A DNA stretch of 47,945 nucleotides, filler included, from Circinaria calcarea (taxonomy: Eukaryota), in NCBI GenBank assembly GCA_051942165.1. It is 2 parts of 2 records of this genome, joined end to end, with 100 filler letters (N's around TTAATTAATTAA, not from the genome) between each part and the next. Parts side by side here need not be neighbours in the genome. Positions count along the whole stretch, not along the records: positions 1 to 23,993 come from JAVECS010000114.1; 1 more part is not named here. One strand, written 5' to 3'. The notes below the pieces were generated by a model that was given only the letters and a program-made list of their open reading frames with translations, had not been told where the DNA came from and searched no databases. The stretch's first letter is position 1, and the number at the start of each line of letters is the position of its first letter. Shown here in pieces: positions 1 through 10,568 of the stretch. The translations under genes were made by a program, and so were the position numbers.

Positions 1-8
1 GGGTTTAC

Positions 9-1475
9 TTTGGATGGTGAAGAGCGGGAAAATGGCGCCGGAGATGTAGCGCACCAGGCCGTTGGCAGCCATGGCGGAAGCACCGTTCAGGGGGCCGTAG
101 GTATCGACGAGGTAGAGGGCTGCGGAGCACTAGAGACACGAAGGTCATATTAGTGGAACGCGGGGGTTTTTGGGTAGATAAGATGGGGAAAACAGGGAAG
201 GGGAAAGGGAAGGAAAGCACTGACGAAGACGCATAGGTTTCCCCACGCAAACGGGATCGCCGCTATCACGGGGCTGATCCAATGGACATTTCTTCTCGCC
301 GTCCAGCCGAACCAGAAGAGCCCGACGGGTAACCCCAAGCTCCCGACCATCGCTCCGTAGAGACGGTACTCCGGTGCAACGATGCCTCCCCGGCCTTCCC
401 GGAGGCTCTTCTCGTGCTCCTTGCGGAACGTCAGACGGTCGACGACGATGATCGTGACGACGGCGAGGACGCAGCCGATGAGCACGGCGAGCCAGGTGAG
501 GCCCGATTGGCCCCGGTCGAAGCCGTAAAGGCCTTCGAAGACGATGGGGAAGGCGTCGAAGAAGCCGAAGAGGACGGAAAAGTTGAAGCCGATGTAGAGG
601 CTACAGAAGCCGACGATGGGTTCGGTGAAGATCATGTGTAGCGGACGGACGAGAGTTACCGTGAGGAGGAATGTGAGAGCGGCGGGGCCCGTCGGGCTGG
701 TTTTGGGTGGGGGTGCGAGTCCGAGCTTCTTGGCTCGGGCTTGGAGGATGATTTTCTTGTAGGTTTCTTTCATGAAGAGGACGTAGAGGTAAGTGGCGAC
801 GGAGAAGAAAAGGATGGGCCATTGGGTCCATTTCCAGCCACCGAACTGCGCTGCGTACCCGCCGATTGTAGGTCCCAGCGCTGGGCCTGCGAAGGGTGCG
901 AGGACGAATAGGACCGTGGCTGTAGCCCTGTGGATTGGTGGCCATACGTCTGCATTTGTTCCGGCTCCTACCGCCAGTGTCGGAGAGCCGAAAAAGGCCG
1001 CGAGAAACCGACAGATGACAAAGGAAGCAAAGGTCCGAGAGAAGCCAGCACCGAGTGTGAAGAGTGCGGAGATGGGGAGCGAGATGAGGTAGACGGCGCG
1101 ACGACCAAGGGTTTCCGAGAGCGGAGCTGCCAGAATCGGTCCAAAGGCCAATCCCAGTACGTAGAGACTGATACCTAGTATAGCCACCGTTGTGGAAACG
1201 TGGAATTGCGCCTCGATATCGCTAATCCCAGGCGTATAGATTGAAGAGCCAAACGTGACGACAAATCCCATGAAAGCCGGTACAGTCGTGTGGTATATAC
1301 GTGACTTAAGGGACCAATTCAGCGGGTTTTCGGGGTCGTCAGGCCCATTCCAATCCTGGGCGGTGGGTGTTCGCTCAATGGCAGCATCCTTCTCCCGAGA
1401 TGATTCGAGGTCACTTAATTGAGAAGCCTCTAAGTCTCTTCTGACGTCTCCTTCAGCAAGAGCATTAACAGGCAT
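9..1475 (-). CDS. MFS transporter, DHA1 (drug:H+ antiporter) family; 3' end runs off the window
   Basis: Motifs DWNGPDDPENPLNW, APLSETLGRR, ETY..IL and PEYRL, plus many TM segments. Exon 1 is 1475-225. Intron 224-130 has a GTCAGT donor, CTAAT branch and TAG acceptor. Exon 2 (129-9) reads CSAALYLVDTYGPLNGASAMAANGLVRYISGAIFPLFTIQ. The next donor, GTAAAC, starts at 8. Confidence 0.93.
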
Positions 1476-3399
1476 GGAGCAGGGACCAGTGGGCTCTTGT
1501 AAGTTAGACGTATAGGAGATCTGGTCTCAAAGTTGACATGTGTAAGATTGCTAATGCTGGTGCTAAAGGTACTCAACCAAGAAAGTGCGCAGTAGAATCT
1601 GATGAAAAGAGAGCCATCTTCAGACGTGCGCAGTTCGAGTTAGATATATACCCACAAAGCAGAATAGATTAAAACCATTATTGCGGCCGCAGCAGCAAAG
1701 CTATAGGACTATTGTATATGCTTGCGGCAACTTTGACAAGAATATATAATCATGAAGCCGACAAACCCAGCATAGAGTGGTATGCCGCGGTCAGCAAGTG
1801 TTTCTCGCGCGTATAAGTATTGATCGTACTCCAACCTTGGCGCAAGGCCTCGGCTTGATGAGTGATCAGTAAACATGCTCGTATACCACGATTAATAAAG
1901 GAAAATAAAGCTTGATACTATACCACCCCCAGCATGACCTCGGGTCAAACGTCATTGTTAGTACCGATGTCGTTAATCCATATTAAAGCTGGTCTACTGA
2001 ACACCGAGTATATTATCTTCATCCCATCTTCGTAGGCTGATCCAAAGCTCCATTATCCACTCTCAAATCTTCCCGAGGACTGGAAAACATACGCATGCTG
2101 ATCCTTATTATAAGGTTTCATTTCGTACATGATAATGTGTCAGGGCGAGAGAATATCACCTTAGTGTATGATTCTAGCCTGTCCTCTGTACTTTGTAGAC
2201 ACAGACACAATAGGTACTCTATTCAGTCCCAGCTAGACAGCCTGGGAACGGCGTTTCTCAGGCCGGTCTTGGCACATGAATAACGACCAGGCGCATGCCA
2301 GCAAGTGAGGCGCTCGTGCCTTAGCGCCGGGTAAGATGAGCTTATTTTTGGATATTCAACGTCATTCACTGCTAGTAAAGTGACATCTTGATTGCTAGTG
2401 AGCTTTGCTCTACTTCTGATAGATGTCTCTCTGGGATTTTTAAGTGTTCATAAGCCCTCGCCTTGAGTGACTAGCCCTTCACACAGAGAAACCTCTCAAC
2501 CTCGTTAACGATGGACTGCCTCCCTCTCCCTTTCATTTGTATCCAATGCGGGACTGATCAGAATCCCTGCCATGTAAAGGTGGTTGGGCCAACGTTGGGT
2601 AAGGCAATCAGCTATCCCAAGCTTCATAATTGTACCGACGAGCATATAGGGTTCTTCGTATCTGTTGCTTCGGCTGTCCGTTCCTCCTGTCCCATAATAG
2701 GCTTATACCCTAAGTCTCATGTATCTCAGATTGTTTGCTGGCCAGGTGCTCTACTTTGCGGATGCTGTGCAACGAATACGGGAAAGAAGTCAGCCATTCT
2801 CCGAAGCCCAGTCCCACTCTTGTGAGAAGGCATACACTGATGGATGGGGAATTCGCAGGATGCTTGCGCTCCCCGTAGAGCTCAATGGTTCTGTTAGCAA
2901 CGCAATACCATTCTGATTGATGTTATCCGATTCAAAGGTCAAAAGAGAGTGTGAGGCAACACGGAGTCAAATAGCGTGTTACCACGGGCATGGTTAGCAT
3001 TAGGATTGGTGGTTGTGACTAGCGTGCAAAGATTCGCCTCTTGATATGATGGTCTGCATCAAGGATGGACATCCGGCTCGGAGTATCACGGTTAGGCGAA
3101 GCTTCTAGCTATGTCAACATCAACATCCTTAATTCACCGCTTTTGTTTTCCATACACTCTCCTATCTGTGACAGCCCAATAACACAGCAGATATGCGTTC
3201 AAAGTGTCAATCAGAGCGTCTTTCACACTCTCATATGCCATGATTCTTCAGACACGGATTCACTTATCAAGCATTCGCGGTTTTAACTGAATTGTCGCGT
3301 GCCCCGATCAAACCAAGGCCTCGGCAACTGACCTATTTCCACAAACTTGACTTCCCACACAAGCTGTCAATCAACGTTTCCATAGACCAATAACCAGCT

Positions 3400-4239
3400 A
3401 TGAGTATGGCTGAAAGGGGGTCCCATCTTATAACCGGTATACGTCCAACTGCAATGCGTAGTAAGTTGTATCTATGAACACTTTGTGGTACATTCCTGGT
3501 ACAGGTCTTCTGACATGATAGCAGACGTCAATCGCTCTTTCCAGCAGATGTATTATGCGTTTAACAATCCCACCAATGCGTACACAGGAGTGAATGATAT
3601 ACTCGAGCAAGAATATCGTAAGATCTCCTTTGCAAGGCTCAAGTGACACATACTAACCTCATCTGTGAAGCGGAATATAGGGAACCATCGGAAAAATGGA
3701 CTCCCAGCCCGAATTCTGATGCCAAGTACGTGAAGTCCTGGTTATCGGAAGGCTTGAAGTGCACCCCACTGGAATCCGACAACCAGAAATGCATTCATAT
3801 CCCACCGGAAGTCGAGCTTCTGGAGCGAGTGAAATCCATGCTGGACACCTGTTGGGCATTTGATCCTCACACTCATTCCGCCTCTGGGGCAGATGAAGTT
3901 CTGGATCCGTTGCAGAATTTCACCCGGGCTGAGAAGAGATGGTTCGCTCACATGACCACCGAGATCGCCAAAGCCAAGATAGAGAGAACCAGATGCGAGA
4001 GCGTTAATGTAGAAATCACCAGCCCCAAATTTTCGCAGTCAGAACAAGAGCTCTCCCTCGATATTTTCGATCTCACCAAGGAGCTAGACTCCTTCTACGG
4101 GGACCCTGTTACAATTAACGGACTTCAACCTAGCAATGGGGACGTTGAGGAAGGATATGCTGATGAGGAGGTCGCTCTGCTCTGTAGTAATGAGGACACT
4201 TTAAGTGGAACCTCCCTCTCGCAAGCTTTTGTACACTAG
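3400..4239 (+). CDS. Hypothetical (orphan) protein, ~233 aa, 3 exons
   Basis: Exons 3400-3436, 3522-3617 and 3671-4239. Both introns have canonical signals (GTATAC..CTGAC..TAG; GTAAGA..CTAAC..AAG). The spliced frame is open over 702 nt (MSMAERGSHLITADVNRSFQQMYYAF...EQEYPEYREPSEKW...AFVH). No family recognised. Confidence 0.6.
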
Positions 4240-4920
4240 CTACGAATGATAAATCAAACTCTCTACTCAGAAATGATTGGACCTAGAAGTACACGGCTTC
4301 ACTCTTGTGACATCAATCACCATGAATACTCCCAATCTTCTACAAAGATTCCTTGCCTTCGTAATCCTGCATCTGCAATAAATGTCCACTATCGTAACGA
4401 GCAAGGGGTCGTTGCAGGAAGCAATATAGACATGGAGAACATCCTGTTGCACATTACATGATGTCGAACTTTACGGTTCTCTTAACACTCGATAAAGTGT
4501 AGTAAGTAGGCACTGAATCACGTCTCTAATTACGTGTGCACAATGCAGTAAGTGAGGCAGTTCATACGTAGTGATTCGAATGCAATTCGTGTTCATTCGG
4601 AATCTATGAAAAGTCTATGGTTCTGAAGAGAGAAAACTGTTATGGCGTGCGTGCCATATTAGGGTCAGACTAGCTCCGGAACGGAGGAACCCCTGGACCG
4701 GTTGCTCAGTATGCTCATGGAGGTGAGCAGGGTGAGCACACGATATATATATAGCAGGCTATTCCCGCTCTTTAGAATAGCATGCTTATAGAACCATAAC
4801 AAGTTCAATATACTCCTTTTATATTGAGCCTAGGGCAACAGTTCATCTACACCCTATGTAACCGTGCTATCACCAATCAGGACATAACATATTCCTCATT
4901 GTGCCCCAAGGATTGCAGCG

Positions 4921-6295
4921 CCCTTACAGCCGACTCTTCTAAATACTTTTACCGTTTCGGTGGTTTATCTAATAATGTGGGAGTCTGGCTACGTTTTACC
5001 GGCTTGTGTGAGCGCTGCAGGCCTAGTTCTTCTCGATAACGCCCATATTTCACAGACTCGTTTTGTATATCTAGACGCAATTCTCGTCTTTATTATGGCC
5101 TATAATTTACTCTACTATATTAAGTTCTCCAAACTTAAGAGCCAAGCCTTTTGTAAAACAATGGTGGATATAATTGTTCCTAACGGGCCTTGCTTTGTTC
5201 TGCAACATTTCTACTAAATACGTTGGTCTATTCGCTTTCACAACGATTGGCACGGCCGTAAATATTGACCTTTGGGACCTTTTCAACATCGGAAGTCCTA
5301 GGGCGGTGAGCCTGCCGGAATTCATGATGTATGTAGCCGCGAGGCCTTTTACGCTTGCCGCTATCCCTTTTATGCTCTACCTCTTCTGCTTCCAACTCCA
5401 CTTTACAATCTTAACACGGTCAGGTTCTGGAGATGAATTCATGAGCCAAGAGTTTGCGGAGACTCTGAGTAGCAATGCTACATCAGAACGGGGGGTCAAG
5501 ACTATGTCCTTCTTTCAGAAGTGGTTCGAGCTCCAGGGACTAATGTTCGAGTATAATGGCTTGTTAGATTCAAAACACCCTTATGAATCTAGGCCCTACC
5601 AATGGCCGTTCTCTTTAGGGGGTGCGAGTTTCTGGCAATCAGACGACACTCGATAGCAGATTTACTTTGTGGGAAATATTACTAGGTGGTGGATCGTTAG
5701 TAGCCTACTCGTAGTGTTTGTAAGTGTTATGGTTGTCGATAAGTTATCTCTTGGCCGGGGTATTAACCTCAAACATAATCGTAAGTCCAATTCGAATACA
5801 TCAAATGCTGAACCAGTCTCATAATTCTCTTTTAGGAGCCCGATCTCGTCTCTTCAAGTCAACCGGCTACTTTTTTCTTACATGGGTCACTCACTATTTT
5901 CCGTTTTATCTCATGAGTCAGCAACTGATGCTATACACCTATCTTCCTGCTCACCTGGCATCAACTTTGGTCACCGGGTCCCTTATTAAATTCTTTTTTA
6001 AATCAGAGCCAGTCGAGAAAGAACCGATTAAAAAGGGGCCAAACGAGAAAGGAGCAGCCGATAAGGCCATCCAGCCAGACGAATTGCTAGCACCCAGGTC
6101 TCAGCATACCCCTAAGCAATTCGCCGGTTCGAGCACCGCAGCTTGGGTTGCTTGCGGAGCGATTCTCGGCGTGATATTTGCCTTCTGGTGCTTCTGGCTG
6201 CCGCTAACGTACGGCTACCCTGGCCTCAGCATCGAAGAAGTTTAGAGACGGCAGATCCTCGGCTTCCGTCTCCGTTACGCATACGACTATGCAAA
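4921..6295 (+). pseudogene. PMT4: Degenerate PMT4-like dolichyl-phosphate-mannose:protein O-mannosyltransferase lacking the N-terminus and MIR domain
   Basis: PMT4-type motifs: VYLIMWESGY, LLDNAH..QTR, STKYVGLF, HFTILTRSG.GD.FMS.EF.ETL, HPY.S.PYQWP, QIYFVGN, YLPAHLAS, PLTYG.PGL. Lesions: a +1 frameshift near 5161 and in-frame stops TAA 5171-5173, TAG 5654-5656 and TAG 6243-6245. An intron is retained at 5781-5835. Confidence 0.88.
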
Positions 6296-6474
6296 GTATT
6301 CACGCTAAAGGGGTCTCACGGGGAAAGGGGCCAAAACTCACGGCAGAATTGGGAGCATGGATGAAGAGAATGGGAAGAAGGCATCGATGGGCATTTACCA
6401 AGAAAACAGAAGCAGTACGACGTTTTCTGAAGCGTCTAGGCGCTGTATTGGGCGGCAGCGGACGGGCAGATAGC

Positions 6475-6603
6475 GGTTACAAATCGGTGGTCCAGCTTCT
6501 ACTTGACTAGGAAGCAAATATCAATGCGCCAGGGTGGACGTTATAGCAATGATGTTCAAGCCACAGTATCTAGAAGCCACGAGAACGGTGGCCCCAGCTT
6601 CTC
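6475..6603 (+). pseudogene. Ankyrin-repeat gene relic
   Basis: Across a stop and frameshifts it reads GYKSVVQLLLD*EANINA/QGGRYSNDVQATVSRSHE/TVA/QLL. This matches the fungal ankyrin consensus GH..VVQLLLD.GA.INAQGG.YGNALQAAS..GH..VVQLLL. Confidence 0.7.
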
Positions 6604-7379
6604 CACATCAAGGAAATTAAATATCTAATATAGAACAAGGATATTCGGTACTGCAGATACTTCAATCTGGGCCAACATAGACATCAGGCTAACATGTGGC
6701 ATATAGGCTGTAGGGAGCAGGAATAAGAATGTACTCAACGTCGGCCGGGCCAATAACAGAAAAGGGCGGTACTGCGGGGGTCCGTAAGTGATTCTTATTA
6801 GAGATGAGAGGCTTATATTTAGTGGACAATTTCCACCTTATAAATAATCAGTCTCTCCGTCACAGAAAACCTACCCCTAACCCATCCCCCTCAAACAGAA
6901 ATTTCCACACATACCCCAGCTTCTGGCCCGTACCTACGCCCAAATACCCACCCTTTTCCCTTTCTTTTCCCTGGGACACAGCTAGAGAAGAGGACACGGA
7001 TAAGTCAGAGACAGGGGCACGGGGCCGTTCGTACCGTATTAAGGGGGTCCCGCAAAAGGTCGTAGGATAGCATAGGCTCATCGCAAAGACCAAACTAGAG
7101 AGTTCCAAAATGACCTACCATTAAAACTGAGCTCCAAAAGGCCACCGCCCCCGCCAAACAGCTGGTATCCGCTGGTGGTCACCCACTCAACTACTAATCA
7201 GCCGATCTAAAGCGTATGTGCGGCAGAGAGGATGGGAAAAAGTTTCAGATCCTCTAGAGATGCTATTTCAGCGGTGCTACTTCTTTGAGTATAAAATTCC
7301 ATCAAGTTTCTTCGCATTTGATTCAGATGTTCAAATGAGCATAGCTAAAAGTCTAAGCGCCGATTAATTACCATCCGAG

Positions 7380-9554
7380 TTAAAGCAAAATGAAATTACA
7401 TCCAGTAAGCCGACATTGATTTATTAAGCAGTTGAGACAAGCACCATTACTAACAACTGTCTGAATACGATCGTGGTTCCCCGTGACGTCCGTGGATAGT
7501 GAGCCCAAAGCTATCATACGGAGACCGTTGTCGCCCAAAACCGGAAACACTTTAATAGAACTATTTGACCATTGCACAGTCTCAGGTGAAGTTTCTTCGT
7601 CTCCGATAATCTCTGCCAGGGGATTCAAAAGTGGTATGTACTGACAATCCGTGGGGGGGTGACTGATTGGAGTGTTAATGTCATGAGGACAGGATTCCAC
7701 GAAGATCGCAAGCGCAAGGCCTTGTAGTAAATCAAAAGGATTTGCTATACTTAAATCCCTCGACCAACCCACACCCGCCGAGATACAATCTTTCAGAGTC
7801 TGTATCTTCCAGAGAATCTTCTCATTTCGATAGAGATTTAAGGATCGTGTGACTGGGGCAACCCATGTTTCAGCCTCATCCGTTTGCCCTATTCCTAGAG
7901 AAGAGGTAGCACCTTCTACTAGTGAAAACGGGTTTGTTTCTAGTCCGTCGACGGTAAGAGTCCCCGGAATGCAGTATAATTCCAAGTAGCCGTGTTTTCG
8001 AAGTAACTGATCCTCAAATAACTTCGGAAACGCCACTTGACCATGAAACGACGAACCAACCCAGTTATGCTTAACCAGACTTGCTGATACTTCATGGTGA
8101 ACTAAGAATAATGCCCACTTGAGAATAGGGTCAACAGAACATGGGGGAGGCATTTTACCAAGCAAAACACTAGTGATGTTGTCTGCGAGTTCTAGATCCA
8201 ATCGCAGCATTACGTACGGATCGTAGTAAACAAGCAAGGAATCAAGGCAGCCGTCAAACAGCGATAGCGCGAGAATATCTGCCACAACACAGCTAAGGCC
8301 CCTGGAGATAAATTCAAGCCCACCATGCGTACGGAGATCTGTTTTTTGCTGTTTAATCCAGAGGCTAACAAGAGGTAGATCAGTCACCAAGGTTCCCTCC
8401 GGCAAAACCTTCAGATTTGGTTGCTCGTCTAGCGATAAGTATCTCGCCATTACGTTGGCTATGGTTGATTCTTGTGGGAAAGCGTTACTTCTCAACCCAT
8501 CCAACGTATGTTCATCAACATTCTCCTCAGGGCGGCCCCCACAAATTGGAAAGTCGCGGATCTGCTTGAGGGCGTATGGAAGAGCCTGCATGAGAGCACG
8601 GCTCCCAAGACCACTTTGTATATTCGCTGATCTTAAAACATATTTTGCGTGGGTTTGGATATCGACCATACCGGCTGCTGTGTGGGGAGGTCTCTCAAGT
8701 TTTGCTACAATGATTTCCGTAAAGGAACCGAACGTAGTAACCAGTTTAATCTGGATTTGACGGTAAAATGTTTCTTCGCCAGAATAAATAATATCGATAG
8801 GGTTACTCGGCTGAGATAATAGGACTTGCCCATTAGGACCGAGTATAGTTGGAGGCTCTCCAATGCACCATTTGATAAATGCAGTAAGCCATGGAGCTGC
8901 ATAGCCTGCAGTAAAACTAGCCGTCTTGGCTTCCCCTATTCTAGCGACCTCTCGAAGTGCAGCTACGACTTTTTGTAAGCCATCCGCATCTGGAAAAGGA
9001 TCTCCTATTCTAATCATTTCCACTCGAGACCGCTCAGATATATCCTCATTGTTTATCCACCAGTTCTTCCAGCCTAAGACATCGGTCAAAAATCCCACTC
9101 GGTTAAGTCGAGGCTCGAGCACATCCAACAAATCCTTAAGTTGATAGGCAGTAGGCACTAGGGTCTTGTCGGCTGCGGAGGATATGATCATCTTCTCGAG
9201 AGCCAATCCAGCTTCGAATGTGTTGCTTATAGATACAAGCGCTGCGGTGAGGGCAAGGAAGTTTACACCCGCCATGCTTCTGGCCAGCTGGGAGATTGAA
9301 CCGCCACTGGCAAATCCGACCCTCGCTTTCAAGAACTTTAAGACCACATGTTCTGTTTGACTCTTGAGAAGTACCTCTATTGTCGTTCTGGTTCTCGGAC
9401 AGATTGCGAGAGTAGCTCCAAACCGCTCGCAGGAGAGGAGAGCAAGAGGCTGAACGTTGTCGCTCGTAGCAGCACGCACGAGATCTTTGCCCATCTTTAA
9501 AAAGTGGTCCGAAGTCTCATTCAACGTCCACTGCAACGAAAGCGAGTCTTTCAT
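7380..9554 (-). CDS. Uncharacterised 724-aa fungal protein, intronless
   Basis: Long uninterrupted ORF with ATG start. It has an N-terminal helical region (LQWTL...AATSDNVQPLA..CE.FG) and a C-terminal Cys cluster (CPH...ACLNCLINQC...C). It resembles a family of hypothetical Pezizomycotina proteins; function unknown. Confidence 0.8.
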   Translation of the reverse strand: MKDSLSLQWTLNETSDHFLKMGKDLVRAATSDNVQPLALLSCERFGATLAICPRTRTTIEVLLKSQTEHVVLKFLKARVGFASGGSISQLARSMAGVNFLALTAALVSISNTFEAGLALEKMIISSAADKTLVPTAYQLKDLLDVLEPRLNRVGFLTDVLGWKNWWINNEDISERSRVEMIRIGDPFPDADGLQKVVAALREVARIGEAKTASFTAGYAAPWLTAFIKWCIGEPPTILGPNGQVLLSQPSNPIDIIYSGEETFYRQIQIKLVTTFGSFTEIIVAKLERPPHTAAGMVDIQTHAKYVLRSANIQSGLGSRALMQALPYALKQIRDFPICGGRPEENVDEHTLDGLRSNAFPQESTIANVMARYLSLDEQPNLKVLPEGTLVTDLPLVSLWIKQQKTDLRTHGGLEFISRGLSCVVADILALSLFDGCLDSLLVYYDPYVMLRLDLELADNITSVLLGKMPPPCSVDPILKWALFLVHHEVSASLVKHNWVGSSFHGQVAFPKLFEDQLLRKHGYLELYCIPGTLTVDGLETNPFSLVEGATSSLGIGQTDEAETWVAPVTRSLNLYRNEKILWKIQTLKDCISAGVGWSRDLSIANPFDLLQGLALAIFVESCPHDINTPISHPPTDCQYIPLLNPLAEIIGDEETSPETVQWSNSSIKVFPVLGDNGLRMIALGSLSTDVTGNHDRIQTVVSNGACLNCLINQCRLTGCNFILL

Positions 9555-10568
9555 CGTAACATCTATACCGGCACTGGGATTCCTGCGATGAAAGATGCAG
9601 CTGCGACCAGGACGTTACTGCCTGGGGTTTGATGGGTGCGGGTTGTATGACAGGGTTGATTTGCGGTTTTCGCTCAAATTGAACGCTAGATGGGAAACGT
9701 CCTCGTTATTCTCTAAAACCTCTGAGCAGATACACATGGTCGATAATATCACAGAGAGCCTATCTACGAAGTAATAGAAGGAATTTCCCCTAAGATTGCC
9801 CCGCCTAGATGGTTATTATTACTCGGGTTTTTGGCCCTCGGGAACTCTGGATATTTGCACTATCTATAGATATAGGGTCTGTGAACTATATAATCATAAT
9901 AAGGCATCGGCCCATAGTTCGCCAGGCTCTCGTATTTTCCAAGGTAACGAAAACAAGCAGTATCTGTCTGGGATGAAATTTAGCACGCGTCAGGCCGCAA
10001 AGTCGCTGATTAATGCGATTCGGCTCACTTAGCTCACTGATGTCCTAACGCACTATACCTATATATATTTATTATTATTTATTTATTAGGTGAAGGAATT
10101 ATGTGCTTGGGGTATGGTGTGAATAATGCGGGCTATGTGTTACGTGTTACGGGCTACGTACTACAGCATTTGAGAGGTTCCAAGGCAGCAAGGAGGGGAG
10201 GGGAATTGGTCATCCCGCCCCATTCATTCCCCTCTTCTCTCCATGACGAGAGAAAGAAAGAGAAGAGGACTTTGAGATGACAGGAGAGGACAAGTTTGGT
10301 GCCTGAAAAATGGGGCATGAAGCGGTTCAGGGCCTCGGCAGGGGAAATGTACAATAGTCCGGTCAAGTATCCCTGGTTTACTCTACCGACAATGATAACG
10401 CCCAAGCTATAGCTACCGGTTGAGAAAGTGCCAATGGTATAATTTATTGATTCTTCTTCGTCTTTGTCTTCTTCTAACCTTGATAAGGCCGGCCCTCTGT
10501 TTAATGCCACTGTAGTGTGATGCATAGCAAGACTGGTGTATTTACATATCAACTCCCCTTTAAGAGAG

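Noticed and set aside
6765..7070. Possible MITE or solo LTR (C-rich then G-rich halves, gggggtcc at both ends)
   Set aside because: Only ~8-nt matches, with no convincing TIR, TG..CA ends or TSD.
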